From: an uncultured Clostridia bacterium | GTDB taxonomy: Bacteria; Bacillota; Clostridia; Oscillospirales; CAG-272 | Length of the DNA stretch: 64,000 bases | Assembly (NCBI GenBank): GCA_944384585.1 | Contig: CALWTY010000003.1 | Coordinates: forward strand, 16,499-80,498 | Direction of reading: 5' to 3' | Shown here: piece after piece, positions 9,009 to 18,405 of the stretch | Numbering within the stretch: the first letter of the stretch is position 1 | Layout of the letters: the number at the start of each line of letters is the position of its first letter | The notes under the pieces: generated by a model | What the model was told of the DNA's origin: nothing | The model's input: only the letters and a program-made list of their open reading frames with translations | Database searches by the model: none | Made by a program: the position numbers and the translations under genes

Positions 9009-9049
9009 AGAAGCCCCCGGCGGCGCGTTACGCGCCGCCGGGGGCTTCT
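9009..9049. terminator. Perfect 19-bp GC-rich hairpin between convergent genes (probable transcription stop, no U-tract)
   Basis: agaagcccccggcggcgcg-tta-cgcgccgccgggggcttct. Confidence 0.4.
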
Positions 9050-9080
9050 GCTCATGCCGGAGTGCTCTTTCTTATGGTCG

Positions 9081-9755
9081 TCAGGTCTCAAGAAAGGCAA
9101 GAATCCGATCGGAAATTTCCTTCATGCCGGAATCGCCGGGATGACCGGCAACGCCTTCGTGACGGAACAGTCCTTTGGCGGACATGGCGTCATTTTCACC
9201 GAGATCTCCCATCGGAATGTACCGAAGTTTCAGCCGCGCCGCCGCCTCGTGAATGGCGCGATTGATCCCGTCATGCGCCCAATACAGATCGGTCAGGACG
9301 ACAACAGCATCCTCCTTCGGCGAAAAGAACCGCACCATATCGCAATAGGACGCCGTAAATCCCTCGGGATCGAAGGTCTCACGAATCACGTTTTCCCCCA
9401 GGCGGATGACAACAATATCGGCGCAGAATTCCCGCGCGGCGTGATATTGACGGTTAAGAAGATCCCGATCGGTATAATTGCGCTCCCAATCGGCAGCCTG
9501 CGTTACACAATAATCCAGGCTGCCCCATTTTTTCTTCAGCGCGGCAGCGGTCAGGTGAACATAATCACGATCGGCGGAGGAGGCCGCCATGCCCCAATCC
9601 CCCGACCAGCCGAGCTGCTCCGGCGCAGGGCCGTGACGGGTTATGGAATTGCCGACAAACAAAACCCGCCGTGCGCCGGCCTCCCCCATCTCAAAGGTGA
9701 CCCAGAGATTGGGGGAGAGCTGATCCTTTGAGGGTACGGTATTGATAAAAGCCAT
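9081..9755 (-). CDS. SGNH/GDSL-type hydrolase (carbohydrate esterase-like)
   Basis: Contains ..RVLFVGNSITRHG.. (SGNH block I) and a ..GHPGDSGM.. C-terminal block. The ATG at 9755 is preferred because of the RBS GGAAAGGA; the ORF is open to 9788. Confidence 0.75.
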   Translation of the reverse strand: MAFINTVPSKDQLSPNLWVTFEMGEAGARRVLFVGNSITRHGPAPEQLGWSGDWGMAASSADRDYVHLTAAALKKKWGSLDYCVTQAADWERNYTDRDLLNRQYHAAREFCADIVVIRLGENVIRETFDPEGFTASYCDMVRFFSPKEDAVVVLTDLYWAHDGINRAIHEAAARLKLRYIPMGDLGENDAMSAKGLFRHEGVAGHPGDSGMKEISDRILAFLET

Positions 9756-9921
9756 CAAATCATCCTTTCCCATCCAGTTTTGTACCACTTTCCGACCGAA
9801 AGCGGCACACCCTCCGATCGTGTCGTGCCAAACGACACTGCGTCCGGTTTCTCGGAGGATTTCTCATTACACGATCTCCTTCCGTCAAAGCCCCTCTGAC
9901 TGCCGACCCACCCGTCCGGGG

Positions 9922-10734
9922 CTACAGGATCGACAGCCGATTGACATACGGGCCGATCGACAGATTGCATTCCTCCCTTGTCAGCCGGCGTCCGTTCCAT
10001 ATGATCCCGTCGATAACGATATCCTCGGTGGGATGATCGGCCGCATAACCCGAAAGCTCGATTTTCGGAATCCCGATCCCCTCGTCCGCATAGCAGAGGA
10101 TGTTTTCAAAGCGGATCGCTTCGTTCCGTCCGGCAATGCAGTCCCCCGACCATTGGCCGGTATACCCCTGCACCAGAATCACCCGAGGATGCGTCAGCGG
10201 CGCAGTGGGATCATAGGGGACGGTCATATCGGTCTGCAGAAGGTCGGGAAGCTGATATCGGCTGTACTCGCACCGGATGTTGCGGAATACCACATGGTGA
10301 AGATATGCGCGGTCACCGTTCTGCACGTCGCACATACTGTACGCGGCATGAATGATGTCGCAATCCTCGAACAGAATATCCGCATATTCGTCGGCGCAGG
10401 TTTCCGCCCCGATTTCAAGCGCCCTGCCCCAATCGCACCAGACGACAAGCTTCCGCACGGTGATATTCCTGACGTTCTGCCGATCCCATCCCTTGATGCC
10501 CTTCACCACCATACAGTCATCGAAATTCCGCAAAAAGGAGTTCTCGATCAGCACGTCCTGACAATTGAACAGATCGATGCCGTCGGAATTGTACCGCCAC
10601 ATTCCGACCATCTTGACATTATCGATATGAAGGCGGGAGCAATTGGCGGGGATGATCGTAAAGGCGGCGGAATCCTGGAGGTCGTGGTCAGCCCCATCGT
10701 GGAGGCGACCTCCACCGATCACAAGGAGAAGGCG
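9922..10734 (-). pseudogene. GH28-like (polygalacturonase/rhamnogalacturonase family) beta-helix protein, 5'-truncated remnant
   Basis: Contains ..NVKMVGMWRYNSDGIDLFNCQDVLIENSFLRNFDDCMVVKG.. (NTDG- and DD-type motifs). Only about 270 aa remain. The N-terminal part is absent and its position is occupied by the MFS sequence on the other strand. Confidence 0.65.
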
Positions 10735-11595
10735 ATGAGTATGCTCCACTCCTTCTACTGCTGGGGGCACGCAGGCGTTGTGGTGATCTCCACCCTCTTC
10801 TTCTCATTGGCCGGCATCGACAACTGGAAGCTCCTCGCGCTTCTGTGGGCGATGATTCCAATCGCCAATGCCCTTCTCTTCACCAAGGTTCCCATCTCCA
10901 CACCGATTGCGGAAGGGGAAAAGGGGCTTCGCCTGCGGGAACTGTTCCGGCTGAAGATTTTCTGGGTGCTGCTCATTATGATGATCTGCTCCGGCGCAAG
11001 CGAACAGGCCGTCAGCCAATGGGCATCCACCTTTGCGGAGCAGGGGCTTGGCATCTCCAAAACGATGGGCGATCTGGCGGGGCCGCTTGCCTTTGCGCTT
11101 CTCATGGGGCTTTCCCGCTTCATCTACGGGAAATACGGACACCGCATCAAACTGGATCTGTTCATGATCGGGAGCAGCTGCCTCTGCATCCTCTCTTATC
11201 TCGGCATCACCCTTCTTCCTATGCCTCAGCTCAGCCTGATCGCCTGCGCGCTCTGCGGCCTCTCGGTCGGGATCATGTGGCCGGGCAGCTTCAGCAAAGG
11301 CTCGTCGTTGATCCCGAAGGGAGGAACCGCCATGTTTGCGCTGCTGGCGCTGGCCGGAGATATCGGCTGCAGCGGCGGCCCGACCGTCGTCGGAATGGCG
11401 GCGGGCAGAATGGGAGACAATCTCAAGCACGGCATTCTGGTCGGCATTGTCTTCCCGATCCTCCTCCTGATCGGCGTGCTTCTCTGCAGAAAAAGCAGTC
11501 GTGCGCGCGCCGCAGCCCCCTCCGAGCTTGAAATCGGCGACAAGTCGCTTGAAGCGCAGGCGGCTCCGGGGGAGCAAGCTCCGCTTGAAAAGTGA
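10735..11595 (+). pseudogene. MFS transporter, 5'-truncated remnant (TM5-TM12 only)
   Basis: From MSMLHSFYCWGHAGVVVISTLFF onward I count 8 TM helices plus the central loop. The N-terminal 4 helices are missing. Upstream DNA in the same frame is antisense to the GH28 remnant. Confidence 0.65.
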
Positions 11596-11601
11596 ATAAC
11601 A

Positions 11602-11636
11602 ACACCGCAGGAAACAGCATTTGTTTCCTGCGGTGT
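11602..11636. terminator. Hairpin terminator between convergent MFS remnant and rhaM
   Basis: 15-bp stem acaccgcaggaaaca/tgtttcctgcggtgt with a 5-nt loop. Confidence 0.65.
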
Positions 11637-11693
11637 CATTGTTTATGATGCGGATGCCGCGGGGGGAAGAGGCTTCCCTCCGCCGGGCGGGTC

Positions 11694-12008
11694 TCAGGCA
11701 AGCTCGAACATCTTGACCAAATCAACAGAAACCGGGCTGTTGTCGGGATTGGTCTCCATGATATCCGCCATGTAATCCCACCATTTGCGGCAGATCGCGG
11801 TCTCGGCGCTTTTGCTCCAGAGCGCCTCGCTCTCCAGCTCGATGTAGCCGAACAGGATATTGGTTTCGCGATCGAGGAAAATGGAATAGCGGCTTCCGCC
11901 GTATTCATGGATCATGTCCACCATTTCAGGCCAGATCGCCGCATGACGGCGCTCGTATTCATCCGCCATTCCCTCGTAGAGCTTCATCTTGAATGCCTTC
12001 TTGATCAT
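11694..12008 (-). CDS. rhaM: L-rhamnose mutarotase
   Basis: 104 aa. MIKKAFKMKLYEGMADEYERRHAAIWPEMVDMIHEYG..YSIF is typical of RhaM. Confidence 0.9.
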   Translation of the reverse strand: MIKKAFKMKLYEGMADEYERRHAAIWPEMVDMIHEYGGSRYSIFLDRETNILFGYIELESEALWSKSAETAICRKWWDYMADIMETNPDNSPVSVDLVKMFELA

Positions 12009-12025
12009 ATGCTCCTTCCTTTCCG

Positions 12026-13090
12026 TCAGCCGTTTCCGCTCACCTTGGCGCGGTAGCTCTCGACCTCCCAGTTGACGATAAAGTCGACCAGCTCCTCGCT
12101 CAACGGAAGATATCCCCCGAAGAAGGCGGCATTGGCAGCCACCCGGACGTGATCGAGGAAAACCTTTTTCACGGTGTCAAGCTGCTTTTCATCGGTGCCG
12201 AAGACATAAGCCCCCTGTCCCTTCACGATTACCACGCGGGGCTTGTAGCCGTTTTCCCGCTCAAATGCCGCAAGGGTCAAACGAAGCTGCTCCTCCGGAA
12301 CAGCGGTGTCAACGACGGCGTAGTTGGCCTTGCAGTAGACGATATGATCGGGCGTGGGGCTGCGAAGGGTGGGATCAAAGGAGGCGATCTCCGGGCTGTT
12401 CAGAAATTCCCGACAGGGCGTGCCGAGGCAATCGGAGAGCAGCGCGCCGAAGCGCTCCTTCCCCTCGCGGATCACGCCATTCACCCCGTCCATCACGAAG
12501 GCGGCGAGACGGTCGATCTCCTCCACGCTGTCGGCGGCGAAGAAGACGCCGTGATTCTGCAAAAAGAGCAGACCGGCATCCTTCCCGGTACGGGTTTTGT
12601 ACTCCGCAAGCTGTCCGCGGCAGATCTCAGCAAGGATGTAGCCGGGCTTGCAGGCATCGACCCATACCGATTCCGGGAAGAGACGCGCCGAGAGGGCCTT
12701 GCCCTCCCGCCCACAGGTCATGCCGTTGACGGCGGCGGGATGAACATGAAGAACGAAGCGCTGCGGAAAGAGATTGTGCAGCAGTGTCTCGACGCTGGGA
12801 CGACGGGTCTCCCCCTCCAGCCGCGCCGCCATCATATCGGCCAGCACCTCGCTCTCCCGCGTTTTTTCGTCGGCAGAGTAGGTTTTCTCCCACATTGCGT
12901 CGAGTTTTTTCCGTTCAAGGCGCACAAAATCCTCCGCGCGAATGGTGGCAAGCGACGTTCCGGAACCCTTGACATAGAGCGTATCCGTCGTCTTATAGGA
13001 GGTATTCCCTCCCCCTGCCAGCACATAGGAGGAATCTCCGCCGTAGCGGTTGGACATTTCCTGCAGTAAAATCAATTGCTTCTCCATCAT
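12026..13090 (-). CDS. Class II aldolase-like protein resembling the aldolase (RhaE) half of RhaEW; probable rhamnulose-1-phosphate aldolase
   Basis: YVLAGGGNTSYK..LYVKGSGTSLATI is the hallmark N-terminal motif of YuxG/RhaEW-type proteins. The protein is 354 aa and no SDR domain follows. Confidence 0.7.
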   Translation of the reverse strand: MMEKQLILLQEMSNRYGGDSSYVLAGGGNTSYKTTDTLYVKGSGTSLATIRAEDFVRLERKKLDAMWEKTYSADEKTRESEVLADMMAARLEGETRRPSVETLLHNLFPQRFVLHVHPAAVNGMTCGREGKALSARLFPESVWVDACKPGYILAEICRGQLAEYKTRTGKDAGLLFLQNHGVFFAADSVEEIDRLAAFVMDGVNGVIREGKERFGALLSDCLGTPCREFLNSPEIASFDPTLRSPTPDHIVYCKANYAVVDTAVPEEQLRLTLAAFERENGYKPRVVIVKGQGAYVFGTDEKQLDTVKKVFLDHVRVAANAAFFGGYLPLSEELVDFIVNWEVESYRAKVSGNG

Positions 13091-13101
13091 TCGATCCTTT
13101 C

Positions 13102-14244
13102 TCAGACTCTGATCAGCGCGCGGGCAGATGCAAGATCGGTCTGCGCGAGAGTTTCATATTCGATCAGCGTGTAGGCCGCCTTGACCAGATGCGCAAATTT
13201 CGGGTCGTCGTAGGCGGGGCAGACGAATTTCTGCCTGGGAGAATTGATATCCTCCCCGCTGATCTGGAAAAAGTGATTCCGTTCGCAGAGGGACATGACC
13301 CGATCAAGCTGCGCGGGGGTGTTTCTCGTCGGCATAAAGGTGACGGCATCGAAGCCGTAAGAGCCGATGACCTCAAAAAGCTCATCGAGATAGTCGTCCT
13401 CGAATTTCTGCGCTTTTTTGTCCCCGGTCACCGAGCTGACAACATCTCCGAGATAGGCATAGGCCGAGATGCCGCCGTATTTGCGCACCATATCGGTGAA
13501 TTGCATCACGTCGGGCAGCTCCTCCGCTGCGGGGATGTAGATCTTCTCGACCAGCCCGCTCTTCAGCACACCGAGTATATCATAGGCATAATAATCGGGA
13601 TGGCTGTCCCGCTGCAGGATATTGGCCTCCGCCGACGGAGGGACTGCCACACCCATCACATCCCGCAGGAAGGAGACGACCTCGGCAGGCGTCTGACAGC
13701 GGGAAATGATCCTCTCTGCCAGCGCGAAAAGCAGGTGGCGCTCCGTCACCGTCGTCACCGAGAGCGGAAGCACGTCCCGCTCAAAATCGAGGGTGATCCC
13801 GAAGGGCTCGGTCAGCCTGTTGATGTTCCCGATCATACCGCGGTTTCTTTGGTTCCGCTTGTCGCGGTAAGGGGCAAAGAAGGCGTCGACCTTGTCGATG
13901 TTCTCATGGGGGATGCCGTGCATGACGACATAGGCGACGGAAAGCTGGTCGGGATTGTTCAGCCGTCTGCCTTTGAGCTTGGTCTTTTCCATGCTCACGC
14001 GGCACTCTGCGCCGACCGTCACCGGCAGCCCGATGGCCTTCCCCGCCGCGAGAAATTCATGCGCGCCCGCCGTCGTGTCATGATCGACGATTCCGGCGGT
14101 CGCAAGACCGCTTTTGCAGGCAGCCCAGACCGCCTCGGTGGGATTATAGGGGGAGAAGGAATGGCAGGTGTGAATGTGATTGTTGATATAGTGTGTCCTC
14201 TTGATTTCCGGCAGGGACATCTGCTTCAGTTCTTCAAGCTTCAT
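13102..14244 (-). CDS. PHP-domain metal-dependent phosphoesterase family protein, function unknown
   Basis: YINNHIHTCHSFSPY..ATAGIVDHDTTAG carries the PHP His/Asp motifs. The protein is 380 aa. Confidence 0.75.
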   Translation of the reverse strand: MKLEELKQMSLPEIKRTHYINNHIHTCHSFSPYNPTEAVWAACKSGLATAGIVDHDTTAGAHEFLAAGKAIGLPVTVGAECRVSMEKTKLKGRRLNNPDQLSVAYVVMHGIPHENIDKVDAFFAPYRDKRNQRNRGMIGNINRLTEPFGITLDFERDVLPLSVTTVTERHLLFALAERIISRCQTPAEVVSFLRDVMGVAVPPSAEANILQRDSHPDYYAYDILGVLKSGLVEKIYIPAAEELPDVMQFTDMVRKYGGISAYAYLGDVVSSVTGDKKAQKFEDDYLDELFEVIGSYGFDAVTFMPTRNTPAQLDRVMSLCERNHFFQISGEDINSPRQKFVCPAYDDPKFAHLVKAAYTLIEYETLAQTDLASARALIRV

Positions 14245-14270
14245 CGTGATTTCCTTTATTCGGCATTACA

Positions 14271-14299
14271 GGGGACTGCCGGCAGGCCGCGCAGTCCCC
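14271..14299. other. Intercistronic GC hairpin between rhaA and the PHP gene
   Basis: 9-bp stem ggggactgc/gcagtcccc with an 11-nt loop, inside a 119-nt gap. Confidence 0.5.
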
Positions 14300-14363
14300 G
14301 ATCGCAGCGGAGCGAGGCACGGCGTCCCCCGTTCGGGCGGCAGCCGCGCCTCTGACCGCGGAG

Positions 14364-15611
14364 TCATGCTCTTGCCGAAAGCACCTCCCGCTCGTATTTC
14401 TCCACCTCGTCCATCCATTTTTCATCGGCGGGAACGCCGTTTCTGCGGCAGAATTCCTCCCAGACCGCCCCGGCGGGGAGCATCTTAAGCTGCTCCTGCA
14501 TCACCATCAGGCGGGTATATTTTCCCTCGTCCTGAAGCGTCCTGAGCGCCGCGTGGGGCGTGAGCATAGCGGCAAGGAGCGCCTTTCTGAAGGAGGTGAT
14601 TCCGACGACCCATGCGGCGATACGGTTGATGCTCGCGTCAAAGAAATCAAGCGCCATCGCGATATCGTCCATTCTGCCGCTTGCCACGATCTCCTTTGCG
14701 ATCTCCTTCGTTTCGTCATCAAGCCGGACGACGTGGTCGGAATCCCAACGCATCGGTCTTGTCACGTGGAGCGCCAGCTTCCGATTCAGAAGCAGAAGGG
14801 AGGAAATCTTGTCGGAGACGACCTCCGTCGGATGATAGTGACCGTTGTCCATCAGCGGAACGAGGCCGTTCTGCTGCGCGTAACCGAGGGTGAACTCGGC
14901 GGAGCCGACGGTATAAGCCTCAAGGCCGATGCCGAACACCTTCGATTCGAGGGTAATATAGACCTTCTCCTTGTCATAAGGCATCGAGATGATCTCGTCC
15001 AGCGATTTCTTGAAGCGCGCGCGCGGCCCGATACGGTCGGCGGGAATATCCTTGTAGCCGTCGGGGATCCAGATGTTCATCACGCAGGGCTCGCCGGTCT
15101 CCTCGGCAAAATACTGCGAGATACGGACGCAGGCCTTGACGTGATCCACCCAGAAGCGGCGGATCTCCTCATCGGGAGAGGAGAGGGTGAAGGATGCCGC
15201 CTTGGGATGACCGAAGAGGGTCGGGTTGAAATCGATGCCCATGCCCCGTGCCTTCGCATAATCGACCCACTTCCTGAAGTGCTTCGGCTCAATCGCGTTG
15301 CGGTCGGCAAATTCCCCCTTCTCAAAGATCGCGTAGCTGGCGTGAAGATTGAGCTTGTGACGGCCGCCGCAGAAGGAGAGCGCCTTGTCCAGATCCTGCA
15401 TCAGCTCCTCCGGCGTTCTCGCCTTTCCGGGGTAGTTTCCGGTTGTCTGGATGCCGCCCGAAATGCCGGTATCGCTGTCAAAGCCGCAGACGTCGTCTCC
15501 CTGCCAGCAATGAACCGAGATAACCGCCTCGTTCAGCTTTTTGAGGACCTCCTCGGTGTCGATCCCGTATTCGGCGTATCTCTTTTTTGCCTCATCGTAA
15601 ATTGCGTTCAT
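14364..15611 (-). CDS. rhaA: L-rhamnose isomerase
   Basis: 415 aa. ..ISVHCWQGDDVCGFD.. matches RhaA, as does the overall length. Confidence 0.92.
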   Translation of the reverse strand: MNAIYDEAKKRYAEYGIDTEEVLKKLNEAVISVHCWQGDDVCGFDSDTGISGGIQTTGNYPGKARTPEELMQDLDKALSFCGGRHKLNLHASYAIFEKGEFADRNAIEPKHFRKWVDYAKARGMGIDFNPTLFGHPKAASFTLSSPDEEIRRFWVDHVKACVRISQYFAEETGEPCVMNIWIPDGYKDIPADRIGPRARFKKSLDEIISMPYDKEKVYITLESKVFGIGLEAYTVGSAEFTLGYAQQNGLVPLMDNGHYHPTEVVSDKISSLLLLNRKLALHVTRPMRWDSDHVVRLDDETKEIAKEIVASGRMDDIAMALDFFDASINRIAAWVVGITSFRKALLAAMLTPHAALRTLQDEGKYTRLMVMQEQLKMLPAGAVWEEFCRRNGVPADEKWMDEVEKYEREVLSARA

Positions 15612-15663
15612 GTTGTGATTTCCTCCTGATCGATGATTGATCTCAATATCGGGCGCTCCTCGG

Positions 15664-17103
15664 TCACGCGCGGATTTCCCGCACGTTGAAGGAGCGATAG
15701 ATTACGCTTCTTGCTTCCTTCAGATCGGCAAAGACGCCGGTGCTGATCATCTGCGCGGCGATATTGCCGATCGCCGTCGCTTCCTTCGGGCCGGCATAGA
15801 CCGGTTTCCCGCATTTTTCGGCAGTAAGGCGGCAGAGATATTCATCCTTGCTGCCTCCTCCCACGATATAAATCGACTTCATTTTTCTTCCGAGGCGGGA
15901 CTCCAGCTCCTCCACCGCCTGTCGATAGCAGTCGGCCAGGCTGTGGTAAACGACGGCGAACATCTCACCCGTCGAGATATCGGGGCAGCCGACGGCGGCC
16001 TTGACCTCCTCGGTCATGCTCTTCGGGGAGAGGAAGCGGCCGTCATTGACGTCAATGCGCTTCTCGGTCGCGTCGTATTCCTGCGCCATCTCGCAGAGCA
16101 TATCAAAGGTATAATCGCCTCCCAGCTCCTTTTTCAGAGACTGGATCATCCAAAGACCGGTGATGTTCTTCAGATAGCGATAGCGTTTTTGGAAGCCGCC
16201 CTCATTCGTGAAGTTGTGCAGACGGCTCTCCTCGCTGACGTCGGGAGCGGAGCGCTCCACGCCGATCAGCGACCAGGTGCCGGAGCTGATATAGATCACA
16301 TCCTCCTCGTTTGTGGGAACGGCGACCACGGCCGAGCCGGTGTCATGCGTCGGAGGGAGGATGACCTTTGCGCCGCGGCATCCCGTCTCCTCCGCGACCT
16401 TGTCGGAGAGAGGCCCGACGATATGACCGGGAGCATAAAGCTTTCCGAAAATTTTTTCGGGATAGCCGAGCCGACGGATCAGATCATAGTCCCAATCGCC
16501 GCTCATCGCGTCGACAAGCTGTCCCGTCGTCGCCTCGGTGTACTCCGAGCAAGCCACGCCGGTCAGCAGATAATTCAGATATTCCGGCATCATCAGAAGA
16601 CGCTCTGCTTTCTGAAGCTGTTCGGGATGGGTCTTTTTGACCGCCATCAACTGAAAAACGGTGTTGAAGATCGCCTTCTGGATACCGGTGCGGGCATACA
16701 GCTCCTTCTCCGGCACCAGCCGATAGACCTCCTCATCCATCCCTTCGGTCCTCGGATCGCGGTATCCGACGGTCTCCCCGATAAGGCGGCCGTCCTTGTC
16801 CAAAAGCGCAAAATCGACGCCCCAGGTATCGATTCCGATGGTGGAGGGGCTTATCCCCTTCCTGACGCATTCAGCGATCCCCGCCTTCACATGGCCGAAC
16901 AGCTCCTCCGAATCCCAGACGAGGGTCCCTTCGGCATTTTTCTTCATTCCGTTCGGAAAACGATAGATCTCCTCCAGCACCAGCCGGCCGTCGGCATACG
17001 AGCCGATCATATGCCGTCCGCTGGAGGCACCGATATCAATTGCAAGATAATACAAGGTATTTCTCCCCTTCATGCACGATTTGCCTGATTCGGGATCAGA
17101 CAT
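15664..17103 (-). CDS. rhaB: Rhamnulokinase (FGGY family)
   Basis: YLAIDIGASSGRHMIG..IDTWGVDFALL.. carries FGGY kinase motifs, in a rha operon context. The start is uncertain (17103 or 17073) and no clear RBS is present. Confidence 0.88.
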   Translation of the reverse strand: MSDPESGKSCMKGRNTLYYLAIDIGASSGRHMIGSYADGRLVLEEIYRFPNGMKKNAEGTLVWDSEELFGHVKAGIAECVRKGISPSTIGIDTWGVDFALLDKDGRLIGETVGYRDPRTEGMDEEVYRLVPEKELYARTGIQKAIFNTVFQLMAVKKTHPEQLQKAERLLMMPEYLNYLLTGVACSEYTEATTGQLVDAMSGDWDYDLIRRLGYPEKIFGKLYAPGHIVGPLSDKVAEETGCRGAKVILPPTHDTGSAVVAVPTNEEDVIYISSGTWSLIGVERSAPDVSEESRLHNFTNEGGFQKRYRYLKNITGLWMIQSLKKELGGDYTFDMLCEMAQEYDATEKRIDVNDGRFLSPKSMTEEVKAAVGCPDISTGEMFAVVYHSLADCYRQAVEELESRLGRKMKSIYIVGGGSKDEYLCRLTAEKCGKPVYAGPKEATAIGNIAAQMISTGVFADLKEARSVIYRSFNVREIRA

Positions 17104-17260
17104 TTCTATTATCCATTATATCATATTGGTCAGAATATAAAAGACCATATTTTAATCAAAAAAGCATTTATTTTTAAGATGAATCCCGCCGAAGCACTTG
17201 AAAATTGCACAAAGATATGATAGAATTCTATAGAAATCCTTCTTTGACAAGGAGAACGAC

Positions 17261-18244
17261 ATGGATACCGAGCTGATCACCCGCCTGTTTGAGATCACCG
17301 CCGAGGAGCGCTCCGTCCTTTCCGACAATTATAACCTCACCTCCGACGCCGAACCAGCGTTTGCCAACATGACGCTGAAGCGAAAGGACTACATCTGGAA
17401 CGTGCTTGGAACCAGGCATATGGTCACCGTGAAGCCGCACACCCGTTTCGTCGACATTCCGATCCACTCGCACGGCTACCTTGAAATGATGTATGTCTGC
17501 GAGGGCGCTGTCACCCACTTCATCGACGGACGGACGCTGATTCTGGAGGCGGGGGAGCTGCTGATGATGAACCGCCACACAAAGCACTCGGTCGCCGCCT
17601 CCGGCAGACGGGATATCGCCGTCAATCTGGTCGTATCAAACGACTTTCTGCGGGTCTGCAGCGCCAAATTCCGTAATTCCCTGCCCCTTTCGGAGCTGGC
17701 AGAGCATCACGTCTCCGAAAGCGGGCGATCCCGCTATCTGATCTATCGGATCGGGAACAATCCATCCGCAGAAAACCTCCTTGAAAATCTGATCCGATCG
17801 GCGCTCTTTCAGCGGGATGTGCCGCAGATCATCCTGACGGAAACGCTGTCGCTGATTTTCCGCTATCTGGAGATGTATCCCGACGCCCTGATCCGCAGCG
17901 CCGACGACGCGACCCGCGAGGAATCAAAGAAAACGATCATCACCGATTATATCGAGACAGGGTATCGCACCGCTTCCCTCACCGAGCTTGCGGAGCGTCT
18001 CGGAATGACTCCTCAATACGTCAGCTGTATGATCCGCCGCCTCTTCGGCGCGGGCTTTATCGAGTTGATCACCGAAAAGCGGATGTTCGAGGCGGAGCGG
18101 CTGCTCACGGAAAGCGATCTTTCGGTTCAGGAAATTGCAGAGGCCATCGGCTATGAAAACAACAGCTTCTTCCACAAGCGCTTCAGAGAACAATACGGCA
18201 CCACCCCCGCCAAATGGAAAAAATCGATCCGCAGCGATAAGTGA
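17261..18244 (+). CDS. AraC family transcriptional regulator (cupin sensor + HTH), probable rhamnose regulator
   Basis: N-terminal cupin (IPIHSHGYLEMMYVCEG) and C-terminal AraC HTH (..IAEAIGYENNSFFHKRFREQYGTTPAKW). The gene is divergent from rhaB. Confidence 0.88.
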   Translation: MDTELITRLFEITAEERSVLSDNYNLTSDAEPAFANMTLKRKDYIWNVLGTRHMVTVKPHTRFVDIPIHSHGYLEMMYVCEGAVTHFIDGRTLILEAGELLMMNRHTKHSVAASGRRDIAVNLVVSNDFLRVCSAKFRNSLPLSELAEHHVSESGRSRYLIYRIGNNPSAENLLENLIRSALFQRDVPQIILTETLSLIFRYLEMYPDALIRSADDATREESKKTIITDYIETGYRTASLTELAERLGMTPQYVSCMIRRLFGAGFIELITEKRMFEAERLLTESDLSVQEIAEAIGYENNSFFHKRFREQYGTTPAKWKKSIRSDK

Positions 18245-18293
18245 GCGGGAAAGCCCTGATCGATGGCACAGAAATATCCATCGCCGAGCGCAA

Positions 18294-18330
18294 GCAAAAA
18301 AACCGCATCGCACGCGATGCGGGTTTTCTC
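18294..18330. terminator. Bidirectional Rho-independent terminator
   Basis: Stem ccgcatcg/cgatgcgg, flanked by an A-run upstream and a T-run downstream. Confidence 0.75.
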
Positions 18331-18405
18331 TCTCAAGAAATAACGGCGGCGCAGATAAACCTGCGCCGCCAACCATACCGGCCGCTCCGTACAGGACAGG
18401 CGGCT

